Assembly (NCBI GenBank): GCA_052327205.1
Contig: CM126206.1
Span: 37,448,001 to 37,512,000, forward strand
DNA length: 64,000 bases
Origin: Somniosus microcephalus
Taxonomy: Eukaryota
Direction of reading: 5' to 3'
Below are positions 50,201-63,495 of this stretch, in pieces (positions within the stretch are counted from its first letter, which is position 1; each line of letters starts with the position of its first letter). The position numbers and the translations under genes are program-made. The notes beneath the pieces are model-generated. The model searched no databases. It was not told the DNA's origin and saw nothing but the letters and a program-made list of their open reading frames with translations.

Positions 50201-51225
50201 TCGTTACACAGGACCAGATCTAAGGTTGCTTGCCCCCTGGTCGGTTCAGTTACATACTGCTCAAGAAACCCATCCCTAATACACTCAATGAACTCATCCT
50301 CAAGGCAGCCCTGCCCAATTTGATTTGTCCAATTAATATGATAGTTAAAATCCCCCATAATTATAGATGTTCCCTTATTACAAGCCTCAACTATTTCCTG
50401 ATTGATACTCTGTCCAACAGATTTGCCACTGTTCGGAGGCCTATAGACTATGCCCACTAGTGTTTTTTTCCCCTTATTATTCCTTACCTCCACCCAAACT
50501 GTTTCATTATCCAGATCTTTTGACCCAATATCATTTCTCTGTATTACAGTGATTCCTTCCTTTATTAACATAGCCACCCCACCTCCCCTTCCTTCCTGCC
50601 TGTCCTTCCTGATCGTTAAATAACCTGGTATGTTTAATTCCCAGGCATTGTCACCCTGCAGCCATGTTTCTGTAATGGCCACAAGATCATACCCATATGT
50701 AGTTATTTGTGCCATTAACTCGTCTATTTTGTTACGAATGCTACGTGCATTCAGATAGAGAACTTTCAAAGATGTTTTGTGACACTTAGTTCCTGCTTTT
50801 GCCCTTTTTATTACTTTACCTTTTACTCCATACCTTCTGCCCCTTCCTGACACGCTCTGGTTTTTAATTTCCCCACTGCTACCTAAGTCTATGACCTTCT
50901 CTGTTGTCATTTTTATTATTTGCTCTCTAGGAACCTCCCCCCCACTAGTTAGTTTAAAGCCCTCTCTACAGCCCTAGTTATATGATCCGCCAGGACTCTA
51001 GTCCCAGCACTGGCCAAGTGAAGCCCGTCCCGACGGAACAGCTCCCTCCTGCCCCAGTACTGGTGCCAGTGTCTCTCCTCATACGACAGTCCTGCCATCC
51101 CAGGAATCAGTCTGGTGAACCTTTGCTGCACTCCCTCTAAGGCAAGTATATCCTTTCTTAGGTAAGGAGACCAAAACTGCTCACAGTACTCCAGGTGTGG
51201 TCTCACCAAGGCCCTGTATAAATGT
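47281..51225 (-). mobile_element. Outer CR1 3' fragment (47281-47724 and 51073-51225) interrupted by another CR1
   Basis: cccaacct|ctcctcatacgac rejoins the RT C-terminus (GLSYEER|LG..). Tail gaaacatagaaacat. Confidence 0.85.
47725..51072 (-). mobile_element. Inner CR1: end of ORF1 plus nearly intact ORF2 (one frameshift near 49600)
   Basis: DGLHL...ERALN*, EN 49600-50910, RT 47961-49508, (acataaga)n tail. Confidence 0.95.
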
Positions 51226-51717
51226 AGTCCTTGCATGTCCTACGAATCACAAAAAAATAATAATTCTGGAACCCTGCCCCCAGTTCACTGGACTCGGCAG
51301 GGAGTGTCAGGTCACTTGCAAAGATTGACACGGGCTCATTTTAGGAGTTGTAGTGTGATACCTGGTGACCTTGTACATTGACTGCTAAAGTACCCAGCAT
51401 TTCAAAATGGCTTTGCATCTGTAATAAAGTGTGACATGTGGTGTATGATGTTTATGTGCTCTGAGTTGGGAGTGTATGAGAATATCAGGGGGCAGAGTCT
51501 GTGGGCCGGAGAGTACAGTGCGCTATGTTCTCGGGCCTGGGAGAATTTAAAGGGAAGTCTCATAATCTGTGGGTATGATAGTCTATAATTCGACAATACT
51601 TTGAAGGGCGTCCAACAGTGTGGGAGGATTGGGGAGAGGAGAAGGTCTGGGCTCTGGCCCAATTGTGGGGAGGATGGGGTGAGGAAAATGGCAGCTGTGT
51701 ACCTCCCTGGATAATAA

Positions 51718-52360
51718 AAAGAAAGAATTGCATTTATATAGCGCTTTTCATGACCACCGGGCATCCCAATGTGCTTTACAACCTTTACTTTTTGAAGTGT
51801 AGTCACTGTTGTAATGTAGGAAACGCAGCAGCCAATTTGTGGGCAGCAAGCTCCCACAAACAGCAATGTGATAATGACCTGTTTTAATAATCTGTTTTCA
51901 GTGATGTTGATTGAAGGATTAATATTGGCCAAGACACCGTGGGTAATCACGGCTTTCAAAAGAGAGTTGGATAAGTATCTGAAGGAAAGAAATTTGCAGG
52001 GCTACCAGGAAATGGCAGGGGAGTGGGGCTAGCTGAAGTGCTTTTGCAGAGAGCCAGCACAGGCTTGATGGGCCGAATGGCCTTCTTCCATGCTGTAACC
52101 ATTCTATGATTCTATGCGAACTTCCCAGCTCTTCTTCGAAATAATGCCACTGGATCTTTTACGTCCATCTGAGAGGGCAGACAGGTCCTCGGTTTAATGC
52201 CTCATCCGAAAGACGGCACTTCTGACAGTGCAGTGCTCCCTCAGTACTGCACTGGAGTGTCAGCCTAGCTTTATGTGCTCAAGTCTGTGGAGTGGGACTT
52301 GAACCCACAATCTTCTGACTCAGAGGTAAGGGTGCAACCCACTGAGCCACAGCTGACACA
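51718..52360 (-). mobile_element. tRNA-derived Deu-domain SINE (SacSINE1-like), interrupted by a CR1 3' tail (+, ~51945-52116)
   Basis: A box tggctcagtgg, B box ggttcaagtcc, cacattgctgtttgtgggagcttgctg core, L2-like tail gcgctatataaatgcaattctttc. Confidence 0.8.
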
Positions 52361-53081
52361 TCATTAGCCAATTCCCTTCTAACTGCCACAAGTATCTTTA
52401 TTGATCAAGTGCTTACCGTCCTTTGATGGTGTTATCGCTGTCTTAATAAAGTTGCTCTGCTTCGCGCAGAACCTGACATAATATGAATTTTGTCAATGAA
52501 TTTTTCTGCTGATCAAAGGCAGTTATATTTCTGATTGGGTGGAAAGTTTCTGTGGACCAATAAAACCATATCAATGGCAGAAACTCACTTGCAGTGATAA
52601 ACAAAGCAAGAGGATGATGTGAATCCAGATTTAGGCTCAGATTGTTATTGTTCCTTTCTTTGCAATGAGCAATATTTCATAATTGCGTTGCATTTTATGG
52701 ATAAAGAATGCGCACACACGTACTGTGGTAACTAATGACTACTGTTGATAGCTCTAGTCATTAATAATGTCCTCAGGGTAACAGAAGTGATGTGCTGAGT
52801 GCATTATGTGACACAGGTTACCGCAGGAACCTAAGGGACAACAATCTACTTTCATTGCCTGAAAATTGCAGTCAGTGTTTGTTTTTATTATACTCTTGAG
52901 ATATGATTATTTATGCTGCATATATCTGAAATCAGTAGTCAACAGTTTCCATTTCAATGGCTGTTGTCAGCAATCGCTGAAGACCATTTTCCCTTGACGT
53001 TATTCAGTAAAAATTGCTTCCTAACTCAGAAGAGCTAGTAGTGGAAGGATTCATAGGCTGATTGATAGTCTGACAGGCCTT

Positions 53082-53357
53082 GTCTGTGTGGAGTTTGCAC
53101 ATTCTCCCCGTGTTTGCGTGGGTTTTCTCCGGGTGCTCCGGTTTCCTCCCACAGTCCAAAGATGTGCGGGTTAGGTTGATTGGCTATGATAAATTGACCC
53201 TTAGTGTTAGGGGGATTAAATACGTGGGGTTACGGGGATAGGGTGGGATATGTGTTGGTGTAGGGGTTACGGGGATCGGGTGGGATATGTGTCGGTGCAG
53301 GCTCGATGGGCCGAAATGGCCTCTATCTGCACTGTGGGGTTTCTGTGATTTCTGTGA
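53082..53357 (+). mobile_element. V-SINE (HE1-like), 5'-truncated, with CR1-type tail
   Basis: V-domain tgtgtggagtttgcacattctccccgtg...ccggtttcctcccacagtccaaaga and tail gggccgaaatggcctct...ttctgtga. Confidence 0.85.
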
Positions 53358-53519
53358 CGTGAATGCTGCTTTCAGGGTCGCAGCCATCTTTAAACCAGCT
53401 GATAGGGCGGCTAGTTATATATAGCAGAAGGTATTTTTTTGGGTTCCCACTACCCATAGGATGAGGGGTGGGGCCATCCACATCCACGGACGCAGGTATC
53501 CCGCTTGATGTCAAACTCA

Positions 53520-53882
53520 AAACTCAGTGCTGGGGCCCTGGTCTCCACTCATCAGGACTGTTTGGAAGTAGGGTTTAAAACCTTCGCCTTCTGACTCAGA
53601 GGCAGGAATACTACCACTAAGCCAAACAACAACAACAACTTGCAATTATAAAGCGCCTTTAACATAAGGAAACGTCCCAAGGCTTTTCACTGGAGCGTTA
53701 TCAGATAGAATTTGACACTGGGCCACGTAAGGGAATATTAGGACAAGTGACGAAAAGCTTGGTCAAAGAGGCAGGTTTTAAGGAGCGTCTTAAAGGAGGA
53801 GAGAGAGAGATAGAATGGTGGAGAGGTTTAGAGAGGGAATTGCAGAGCTTAGGGCCTAGGCAGCTGAAGGCACGGCCACCAT
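53520..53882 (-). mobile_element. SINE head remnant plus L2-type 3' end
   Basis: Reverse complement of the 28395-28805 family with a (caa)n end, next to a ctctgagtcagaag tRNA-like head. Confidence 0.65.
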
Positions 53883-55024
53883 TATCGCTCCCACGGCCTA
53901 AAGTAAATTAGAACCGGCTGGCCTAGATTTTTCCAACCGCCGTGGTGAAAGAGTTAACAAACTGTGAATTACAACTTTCATAATCTATTTAGCACCCTAC
54001 TCCATATCGACGTCTGTCAATGGAAGATTATGAGTGGGTACTGCTTTGTATGAGACATGAATAGGTAATGTGTGATGAATTATTTTATTGTTCATGTATA
54101 CAATACGCAAAGTAAAGGCTCATTTCACTCATATCCTGTCATTTATAACTATTAAATGTGCACTGGATTTTCTTTCATTTTCAGATGTATAGAGACCATT
54201 ATGCTGGCTTAAAGCTCTTCAAACAGTTTGAACTCAGCAATATGCTAACATTGCACCGAAAATGTAACCTTTGAATATTTAGACAATACCAGTGGAAGTT
54301 GATATCACAGAACCTTAATTTCCTGCATATGTGAATTATGGTGACGAGGGCCTTAGAAAAGGTTGTTTTCTTAGTTTCCTTTGCCTTTGCAGGCCACTTT
54401 CCGCAATTCCACCTGCTTCTGTTGGAAGGGTGTGACGGGTCTCAGCGCAACAATCTCCCCGATTGCTGTCGATGTCACTGCATGAATACTTGAGAGAAGA
54501 GGCCAGGCAATGTAGAGCAAAGTAGAGATGGTCAGAAATCTCCCACCAGCCCCACTGCCCCTTGCACCTTCACCTGCAGTCTTCCCCTGATTGGTGCTTA
54601 GCAAATAACAACGACAGGCACACATATAGTGCCTTTAACATAATAAAATATCCCTAGCCATGTCATGCAAGAAAGCAGGCAAAGTGGCAGTAGGTTGAAC
54701 ACGCGGTCAAAAATGTACGTTTTAAGTTTACTTTGCGCTTTTTTTAATTGCTTTTTTTAAATAATAGGGCCAAATTTTCATCCTCCCATTGCGTAGGAAC
54801 AGGCCAGTAGTGCCATGAAAATAGCAATGCAGCACTTACAGCCTCGTTCCCTCTGATGTCCAGGTCACTGCCATGTTGGATGTGGGTTCTTGAAACGCAC
54901 GGTCCAGGCACCTAAAGGATACGGGGGAGCCTCATCAGGTGATGATGCAAATCAGGGTCATTTGTGGTCAATAGGACCGTGATGTCATTTTGAAGTACCA
55001 ATGGGTGGAGCGAGGCCCCATGTA

Positions 55025-58000
55025 TGTTCTGTCCAATGGCACTTGGCACCATGCACACTCTGACCAATGGTACCTGGCACCGTGCACACTCTGCCCAATG
55101 GTACCTGGTACCACACACACTCTGCCCATTGGTACTTGGCATCATGCACACTCTGCCCATTGGTACTTGGTACCACACACACTCTGCCCATTGGTACTTG
55201 GCTCAAAGCACTCTACTCATTGGTACTTGGCACCACACACTTTCTGCCCATTGGTACTTGGTGCCACACACACTCTGCCCACTGGCACTTGGCATCATGC
55301 ACACTCTGCCCACTGGCACTTGGCATCATGCACACTCTGTCCACTGGCACTTGGCAGCATGCACACTCTGCCCAATGGTGCTTGGTACCACACACACTCT
55401 GCCCATTGTTACTTGGTACCACACACACTCTGCCCAATGGTACTTGGCACTGCGCACACTCTGCCCAATGGTACCTGGCACCGTGCACACTCTGCCCAAT
55501 GGTACCTGGTACCACACACACTCTGCCCATTGGTACTTGGCATCATGCACACTCTGCCCATTGGTACTTGGTACCACACACACTCTGCCCATTGGTACTT
55601 GGCTCAAAGCACTCTACTCATTGGTACTTGGCACCACACACTTTCTGCCCATTGGTACTTGGTACCACACACACTCTGCCCACTGGCACTTGGCATCATG
55701 CACACTCTGCCCACTGGCACTTGGCATCATGCACACTCTGTCCACTGGCACTTGGCATCATGCACACTCTGCCCAATGGTGCTTGGTACCACACACACTC
55801 TGCCCATTGTTACTTGGTACCACACACACTCTGCCCAATGGTACTTGGCACCGCGCACACTCTGCCCATTGGTACTTGGTACCACACACACTCTGCCCAA
55901 TGGTACTTGGCACCACACACACTCTGTCCAATGGCACCTGGCACCGTGCACACTCTGTCCAATGGTACTTGGCACCATGCACACTCTGCCCATTGGTACT
56001 TGGTACCACACACACTCTGCCCACTGGAAATTGGCATCATGCACACTCTGCCCACTGGCACTTGGCATCATGCACACTCTGCCCACTGGCACTTGGCATC
56101 ATGCACACTCTGCCCAATGGTGCTTGGTACCACACACACTCTGTCCAATGGCACTTGGCACCGTGCACACTCTGTCAAATGGTACTTGGCACCATGCACA
56201 CTCTGCCCATTGGTACTTGGTACCACACACACTCTGCCCAATGGTACTTGGCATCATGAACACTCTGCCCATTGGTACTTGGTACCACACACACCCTGCC
56301 CAATGGTACTTGGCACCATGCAAACTCTGCCCATTGGTACTTGGCACCACGCACACTCTGCCCATTGGTACTTGGCATCATGAACACTCTGCCCATTGGT
56401 ACTTGGTACCACACACACTCTGCCCAATGGTACTTGGCACCATGCAAACTCTGCCCATTGGTACTTGGCACCACGCACACTCTGCCCATTGGTACTTGGC
56501 ACTACACACACTCTGTCTAATGGTACATGGCACTGTGCACACTCTGCCCGTTGGTACTTGGTACCACACACACTCTGTCTAATGGTACTTGGCACCGCGC
56601 ACACTCTGCCCATTGTACTTGGCACCATGCACACTCTGCCCATTGGTACTTGACACCGTACACACTCTGCCCATTGGTAGTTGGCACCATGCACACTCTG
56701 CCCATTGGTACTTGGCACCACACACACTCTGCCCAATGGTACTTGGCACCATGCAAACTCTGCCCATTGGTACTTGGCACCTTGCACGCTCTGTCCTTTG
56801 GTACTTGGCATCATGCACACTCTGCCCATTGGTACTTGGCATCATGCACACTCTGCCTATTGGTACTTGGCACCGTGTACACTCTGCCCATTGGCACTTG
56901 GCACCATGCACACTCTGCCCATTGGTACTTGGCACTGCACACACTCTGCCCACTGGCACTTGGCACCACACACACTCTGCCCATTGGTACTTGGCTCCAT
57001 GCACACTCTGCCCATTGGCACTTGGCACCATGCACACTCTGCCCATTGGTACTTGGCACATGCACACTCTGCCCATTGGTACTTGGCTCAATGCACTCTA
57101 CTCATTGGTACTTGGCACCGTGCACACTCTGCCCATTGGTACTTGGCACCATGCACACTCTGGCCATTGGTACTTGGCACCATGCACACTCTGCCCATTG
57201 GTACTTGGCTCAATGCACTCTACTCATTGGTACTTGGCACCGTGCACACTCTGCCCATTTGTACTTGGCACCATGCACACTCTGGCCATTGGTACTTGGC
57301 ACCATGCACACTCTGCCCATTGGTACTTGGCACCTTGCACGCTCTGCCTTTTGGTACTTGGCATCATGCACACTCTGCCCATTGGTACTTGGCATCATGC
57401 ACACTCTGCCCATTGGGACTTGGCATCATGCACACTCTGCCCATTGGTACTTGGCACCGTGTACACTCTGCCCATTGGCACTTGGCACCATGCACACTCT
57501 GCCCATTGGTACTTGGCACGGCCCACACTCTGCCCACTGACACTTGGCACCACACACACTCTGCCCATTGGTACTTGGCTCCATGCACACACTGCCCATT
57601 GGCACTTGGCACCATGCACACTCTGCCCATTGGTACTTGGCACATGCACACTCTGCCCATTGGTACTTGGCTCAATGCGCTCTACTCATTGGTACTTGGC
57701 ACCGTGCACACTCTGCCCATTGGTACTTGGCAGCATGCACACTCTGGCCATTGGTACTTGGCACCATGCACACTCTGCCCATTGGTACTTGGCACTGTGC
57801 ACACTCTGCCCATTGGTACTTGGCACCTTGCACACTCTGCCCATTGGTACTTGGCACTGCGCACACTCTGCCCATTGGCACTTGGCACCACCAACACACT
57901 GCCCATTGGTACTTGGCTCCACGCATACTCTGCCCATTTGTACTTGGCACCATGCACACTCTGCCCATTTGTACTTGGTACCACACACACTCTGCCCATT

Positions 58001-58472
58001 TGTACTTGGCACCATGCTCACTCTGCCCATTGGTACCTGGCTCCGCTCATGCTCTACCCATTGGTACCTGGCACCTTGCACACTCTGCCCATTGGTACTT
58101 GGCACTGTGCACACTCTGCCCATTGGTACTTGGCACCATGCACACTCTGCCCATTGGTACCTGGAACCTTGCACACTCTGCCCTTGGCACTTGGCACCGT
58201 GCACACTCTGCTCATTGGTACTTGGCTCCATGCACACTCTGCCCATTGGTACCTGGCTCCACTCATGCTCTACCCAATGGTACGTGGCACCATGCACACT
58301 CTGCCCATTGGTACTTGGCTCCATGCACACTCTGCCCATTGGTACCTGGCCCCGCTCATGCTCTACCCAATGGTACATGGCACCATGCACACTCTGCCCA
58401 TTGGTACTTGGGTCCATGCATACTCTGCCCATTGGTACTTGGCACCATGCACACTTTGCCCATTGGTACTTG
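55025..58472 (+). repeat. 31-bp tandem minisatellite, ~110 copies
   Basis: Consensus tggtacttggcaccatgcacactctgcccat. Produces a 31-aa periodic translation in all three + frames. Confidence 0.97.
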
Positions 58473-58799
58473 GTTTAGAGTGGTCTAATCAGTGGCCTTT
58501 CAAAGCTTCTCAAAAAAGTATGAAAAACAGGTTCTCAAATGATTTTGTGGGGCCAGGAGGAGCATTAATGCTGACCCCACAAAAATCGCACACTCTGTCC
58601 CGATGTCTGCTCCTCCAGAGTCCTCCCCTGATATTGCCCTTCCCTTAACGTATCTGCACTCACCGGGTTCCACGATGAAGTCATTGGATCTTCCGCCCCC
58701 TCTGGTTGGTGAGCTGCTCCAAACCTGCGAGCAGCTCGCTAAAGGAATGCTATAGAAGCCAGGCCATGAAAAAAGTTTGGGCCTCCAACCACTTCTATC

Positions 58800-59260
58800 A
58801 GGTAGGTGGTAGGCAAGGATTTTAAATTCAGTGTTCTTGAGGGATAGGGAGACAGTGGAGACTAGCAAGAACAGTTGGAATTGGCAAGTGGGACTTGGTA
58901 CAGGACAGAATCCAGGCGGCGGAGTGTGGAATCTATGTTGGATGAAGGCCTGCAAGAGGGCACTGGAGAAGTTGGGCCTTAAGGTGATGAAGGTGTGGAT
59001 AATGTTTCAGTGGCCTCGAGGGTGAGGTAGGGTCAGAGGAGGTAGGGTCAGAGGAGGCAGACAATGTTGTAGAGGTGGGAGTATGCGACCTGAGTGATAG
59101 ATGTGATTTGAAGCTCAGCTCAGAATCGAACAGGACAGCAAAGTGGCTCACAAACTGTGAGAGAGCAGCTGGGGAGGGGAACTAGAGTTGGGGCAAAGGC
59201 TACGCAATTTTTTGCAGGAGCCAAATATAATGGACGGATCTTTCAATCTTGGTGAGGAGG
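58800..59260 (-). mobile_element. Degenerate L2-type LINE fragment
   Basis: VLFDSELSFKSH and homology to 25440-25630. Confidence 0.6.
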
Positions 59261-59692
59261 TAAAACGGGCAGTAGTGGATCAGCTTCAATGGAAAGGAAA
59301 GGTGGGCAGGGTGCATGAGGGGCGGCCGATCCGCTCCCGCCATTTTACGCCACTGTCGAATTGGGAAGTTCCAGCGAATACCTTTGGTTTCTTCACGGTT
59401 CAATTAGAGAAACTTCTGGGTCAGCTAGGAGGTCTGACAAAGAGGAAGCGATAGTCGGAAGACATATTGGCGAGTATACTATTGTGTGGCCCTGAGCAAC
59501 ATTAGACATAAGATAACAGGATAAAACGCATGACTTTCTGCTTGTGATCCAAAGGCTTAATTACCTGTGGCACCATTATAGTGCCCAAATCTGAAATCCT
59601 TTCATGTTATACACAAGGAGTATAAGCCAGAGATCTCCATTGAGTTGTCTCAATGCCTAAATGAGTTGGTCTTTTACTAAGGACTAAAAAAT

Positions 59693-60098
59693 TGCACCTT
59701 TCACGACCTCAGGACATCCCGAAGCGTTTTACAACTAATTAAGTACTTTTGAAGTGCAGTCACTATTCTAATGTAGGAAATGCAGCAGCCAATTTACACA
59801 TAGCAAGGTCCCACAAACAACAATGACCTGTTTTAGTGGTGTTGGTTGAGGGATAAATATTGCCCAGGACACCAAGGAGAACTCTGCTGCCCTTCTTCGA
59901 TATAGTGCCATCCACCCGAGAGGGCTCAGTTTAACATCTCATCCGAAAGACGGCACCTCCAACAGTGTAGCACTCCCTCAGTACTACACCGGCATGTCAG
60001 CCTGGAATTTGTGCTCAAGTCTCTGGAGTGGGCCTTGAACCCACAACCTTCTGATTGACTTGGAGTCGAGGGTGCTACCACTGAGCCACAGCTGACAC
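59693..60098 (-). mobile_element. Second Deu-domain SINE copy
   Basis: Homologous to 51718-52360 (gtcagctgtggctcagtggtagcac ... tcggatgagatgttaaac). Confidence 0.8.
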
Positions 60099-61879
60099 TC
60101 ATTTGAAGATTCAATTCATTGATCATCAATCCCCTGCGACATCAGAGCATGCAATAATTTTTTGGAGGGTGGGCGGGGGGCAAGTCTAGTGGTGTCCACC
60201 TAAGAGACACACCCAACTTTTCCACCTTTTCACAAAGATCAGCTGCCATACTGGGACCTGTCGGAGATGTGTTCAATAATACAATAATACAATACAAATC
60301 GCTTTATTGGCATGATAAGGTACATCTTATGTTGCCAAAGCATCAAAATACATTTATGGTTGAACACATAAACGCGGTTCCATTCATACAGTGTATAAAC
60401 AGGTATATCCCTGAGTTTATAAATATATTTTCGCCTTGTTTATATATACTCTTGTCTTAGTTTACTGGTTGTCCCTCTGTTCATGGCAAGCTGTAACATA
60501 GTGTGCCGCCAGCCTCATTGGTGATATGATCCTGTCATCTTTCTCCCAGTGCCGCTCAGGAAAGATGTTAGTTTGGACATCAACCGATGGCATCAGCACA
60601 CTTAACAGCATTTACGCTACAGCTGTAAACATAGGTTTGTTCTGCATTTCACCTGTTTCAAATCAAAATGCTCTGTGTGAACAGTGAAAGCTAATTTACT
60701 CCAGTGTTACAGCACACTCACTTCCTGGGTTGGGTTTAGAATTGTGAATCAAATGGATTAGAACCAGGCTGGTATAAACAGTATGATTTGAATCCCTGCT
60801 GGTTTCCTGCTCTGCCTGACACTCCAGTGCATTTTCTGACAGATAATTTGATACTGCCAAGCACAAGTACAGAAATGAGAGGGAATTTTAGAGAGGAATT
60901 AAACACAATACAGACGAACAGATTAAAACCGAACTTGGGCCTCAGTCGAATGCTTGGAATGAATTCGAAAAGGATTGACAGAATTAAAGACTATTGTGGA
61001 GGGGAGAGGGGGCGGTTTGAAACAAAGTACTTCAATAGGAGAGAGAGAATAAGAAGAGTTTAAAAAGCTCGTATCAATGTTTGAGTCCTCTGGCTCTCAT
61101 TATGTCAGGTCACAGACCCAGCATGGCAGGCAGCTCATTTAGTTACTCAAAGATTGAGTCTGTAAAGTTGTATAATGCAATTTATTTTAATTATAGTTAT
61201 TGGAAAATGGCAGTGAATACTAATTTTAACATAATTAAACATGCTGCTAGTACCGACGCAAGCAATATTTCTTCTTGTCTTCTTCACCCCTTAATCAATC
61301 CAAGTCAATGGCCAACACTTGTTGCAGAATCGATATTTGTACAGATTCCTGCGATGCCATCAGTTCTATGGGTTTTATGTCCACATGTGCTGCCAATTTA
61401 TATTTCCACAACATGGAACGGGTTATCTGAAATCTGACCAGCAATGTGCACGTGTTGTATAGGCCCAGAGTCTGGTTTATTTTTTGCTTTTAACTTAGGC
61501 AGCAGTGAGCGTGTGCTGCAGTGAGCGAGACATTATTCGAAAGCCACAAACACGGGGCAACAGTCAATAATGGAGCAAGTCGAATTCAATCGTATCAGTT
61601 AGTTCGATGTCAGTGGTGGGGAAAAAGCTGGAAGGCATTAATGGGCAGCATGATGTCTCATCACCTGTAGAGGTCGGCAGTTATTCGAGAATCCCGGCAT
61701 GAGAAACAGAGCTTCTGCTTCTCTAACCTGATGGAGTCCTCCAAAGAAAGAACCACGTTAGTGGATGACGGCAGGCTGCTTGATGTTGTCTACCTTGACT
61801 ACCAGCAAGTCTTCTGACAAAGGGCCACACGGAAGGCTATTGGGGAAGATTGGCAATCAGGTGTTATATGGTGGGATAT

Positions 61880-63285
61880 ACCGGTAAACCTGACATCGGT
61901 AGTGGGGAAAATGCTAGAGTCCATAATAAAAGATGTAATAGCAGAGCACTTGGATAACAGTGACAGGATCGGACAAAGTCAACGTGGATTTACAAAAGGT
62001 AAATCGTGCTTGACTAATGTACTGGAATTTTTTGAGGATGTAACTGGTAAAATAGATAAGGGAGAACCAGTGGATGTGGTGTATTTGGACTTTCAGAAGG
62101 CTTTCGATAAGGTCCCGCATAAGAGATTCGCGTGTAAAGTTAAGGCGCATGGGATTGGGGGCAAGGTATTGACTTGGATAGAGAACTGGTTGGCAGATAG
62201 AAAGCAAAGAGTTGGAATAAACGGGTCGTTTTCCGAGTGGCAGGCAGTGACTAGTGGGGTACTGCAGGGATCGGTCCTTGGACCCCAGCTATTCACAATA
62301 TATATTAATGATCTAGACGAGGGAACTAGATGTAATATCTCCAAATTTGCAGATGACACAAAGCTGGGTGGGCATGTGTGCTGTGAGGAGGATGCCGAGA
62401 AACTACAGGATGATTTGGACAGGTTGGGTGATTGGGCAGAAGCATGGCAGATGCAATATAACGTGGATAAATGTGAGGTTATCCACTTTGGTAGCAAAAA
62501 CAGGAAGGCAGATTATTATCTGAATGGCAATAGATTGGGCGAAGGGGAAGTGCAATGAGACCTGGGTGTCCTTGTGCACCAGTCGCTGAAGGTAAGCCTG
62601 CAGGTGCAGCAGGCGGTTAAGAAGGCAAATGGTATGTTGGCCTTCGTAGCGAGAGGGTTTGAGTACAGGAACAAGGATGTCTTGCTGCAGTTGTACAGGG
62701 CCTTGGTGAGACCACATCTTGAGTATTGTGTGCAGTTTTGGTCGCCTTATCTGAGGAAGGATGTTCTTGCCATGGAAGGAGTTCAGCGAAGGTTCACCAG
62801 GCTGATACCCGGGATGGCAGGAATGATGTATGAGGAGAGATTGGGATGATTGGGCTTGTGCTCGCTGGAGTTTAGAAGAATGAGAGGGGATCTCATTGAA
62901 ACTTATAAAATTCTGACAGGACTGGACAGACTAGATGCAGGAAGAATGTTCCCGATTGTCGGGGAGTCCAGAACCAGGAGTCACAGTCTAAGGATAAGGG
63001 GTACGCCATTTAGGACAGAAGTGAGGAGGAATTTCTTCACCCAGAGAGTGGTGAACCTGTGGAATTCTCTACCACAGAAGGCAGTAGAGGTCAATACATT
63101 AAATATATTCAAGAAGGAGTTGGATATATTTCTTAAGGCTAAAGGGATCAAGGGGTATGGGGAGAAAGCAGGGACCGGGTACTGAATTTGGATGATCAGC
63201 CATGATCGCATTGAATGGCGGAGCAGGCTCGAGGGGCCGAATGGCCTACTCCTGCTCCTATCTTCTATGTTTCTATGTTTCTATG
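61880..63285 (+). mobile_element. CR1 3' half (RT), same subfamily as 13752-17600, inserted in an older CR1 remnant (~61600-61875, 63286-63480)
   Basis: RT nearly identical to the 13854-15413 ORF, two CGA>TGA-type stops (62556, 62847), (ttctatgt)n tail. Confidence 0.93.
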
Positions 63286-63495
63286 GATAGGAAATTGTTT
63301 GCATCTTATAGGCAGAGGGTGATTATCAATGGGAGCAGACCAGCTCATGGGTCGAGTCCTGCGGGAATCTGTGCTAGGACATTTGTTGTTCACCATCTTG
63401 GATGAGAGCAACAATGGAACCATTCATTAGCTTTCAGATGACACCGAAATGTGCCCAGGAGTTTGGAATTTAGATCAAATAACGAGGGTGCAGGC

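Noticed and set aside
52300-52360. tRNA-like A/B boxes (also ~60030-60098)
   Set aside because: SINE heads attached to Deu-type bodies, not tRNA genes.
55025-58472. CRISPR-like appearance of ~31-bp repeats
   Set aside because: Units are head-to-tail with no unique spacers, there are no cas genes, and the context is eukaryotic.
54990-58648. Long His/Trp/Cys-rich ORFs (up to 655 aa) in several frames
   Set aside because: Artefact of a stop-free 31-bp repeat unit; the same peptide appears in all three frames.
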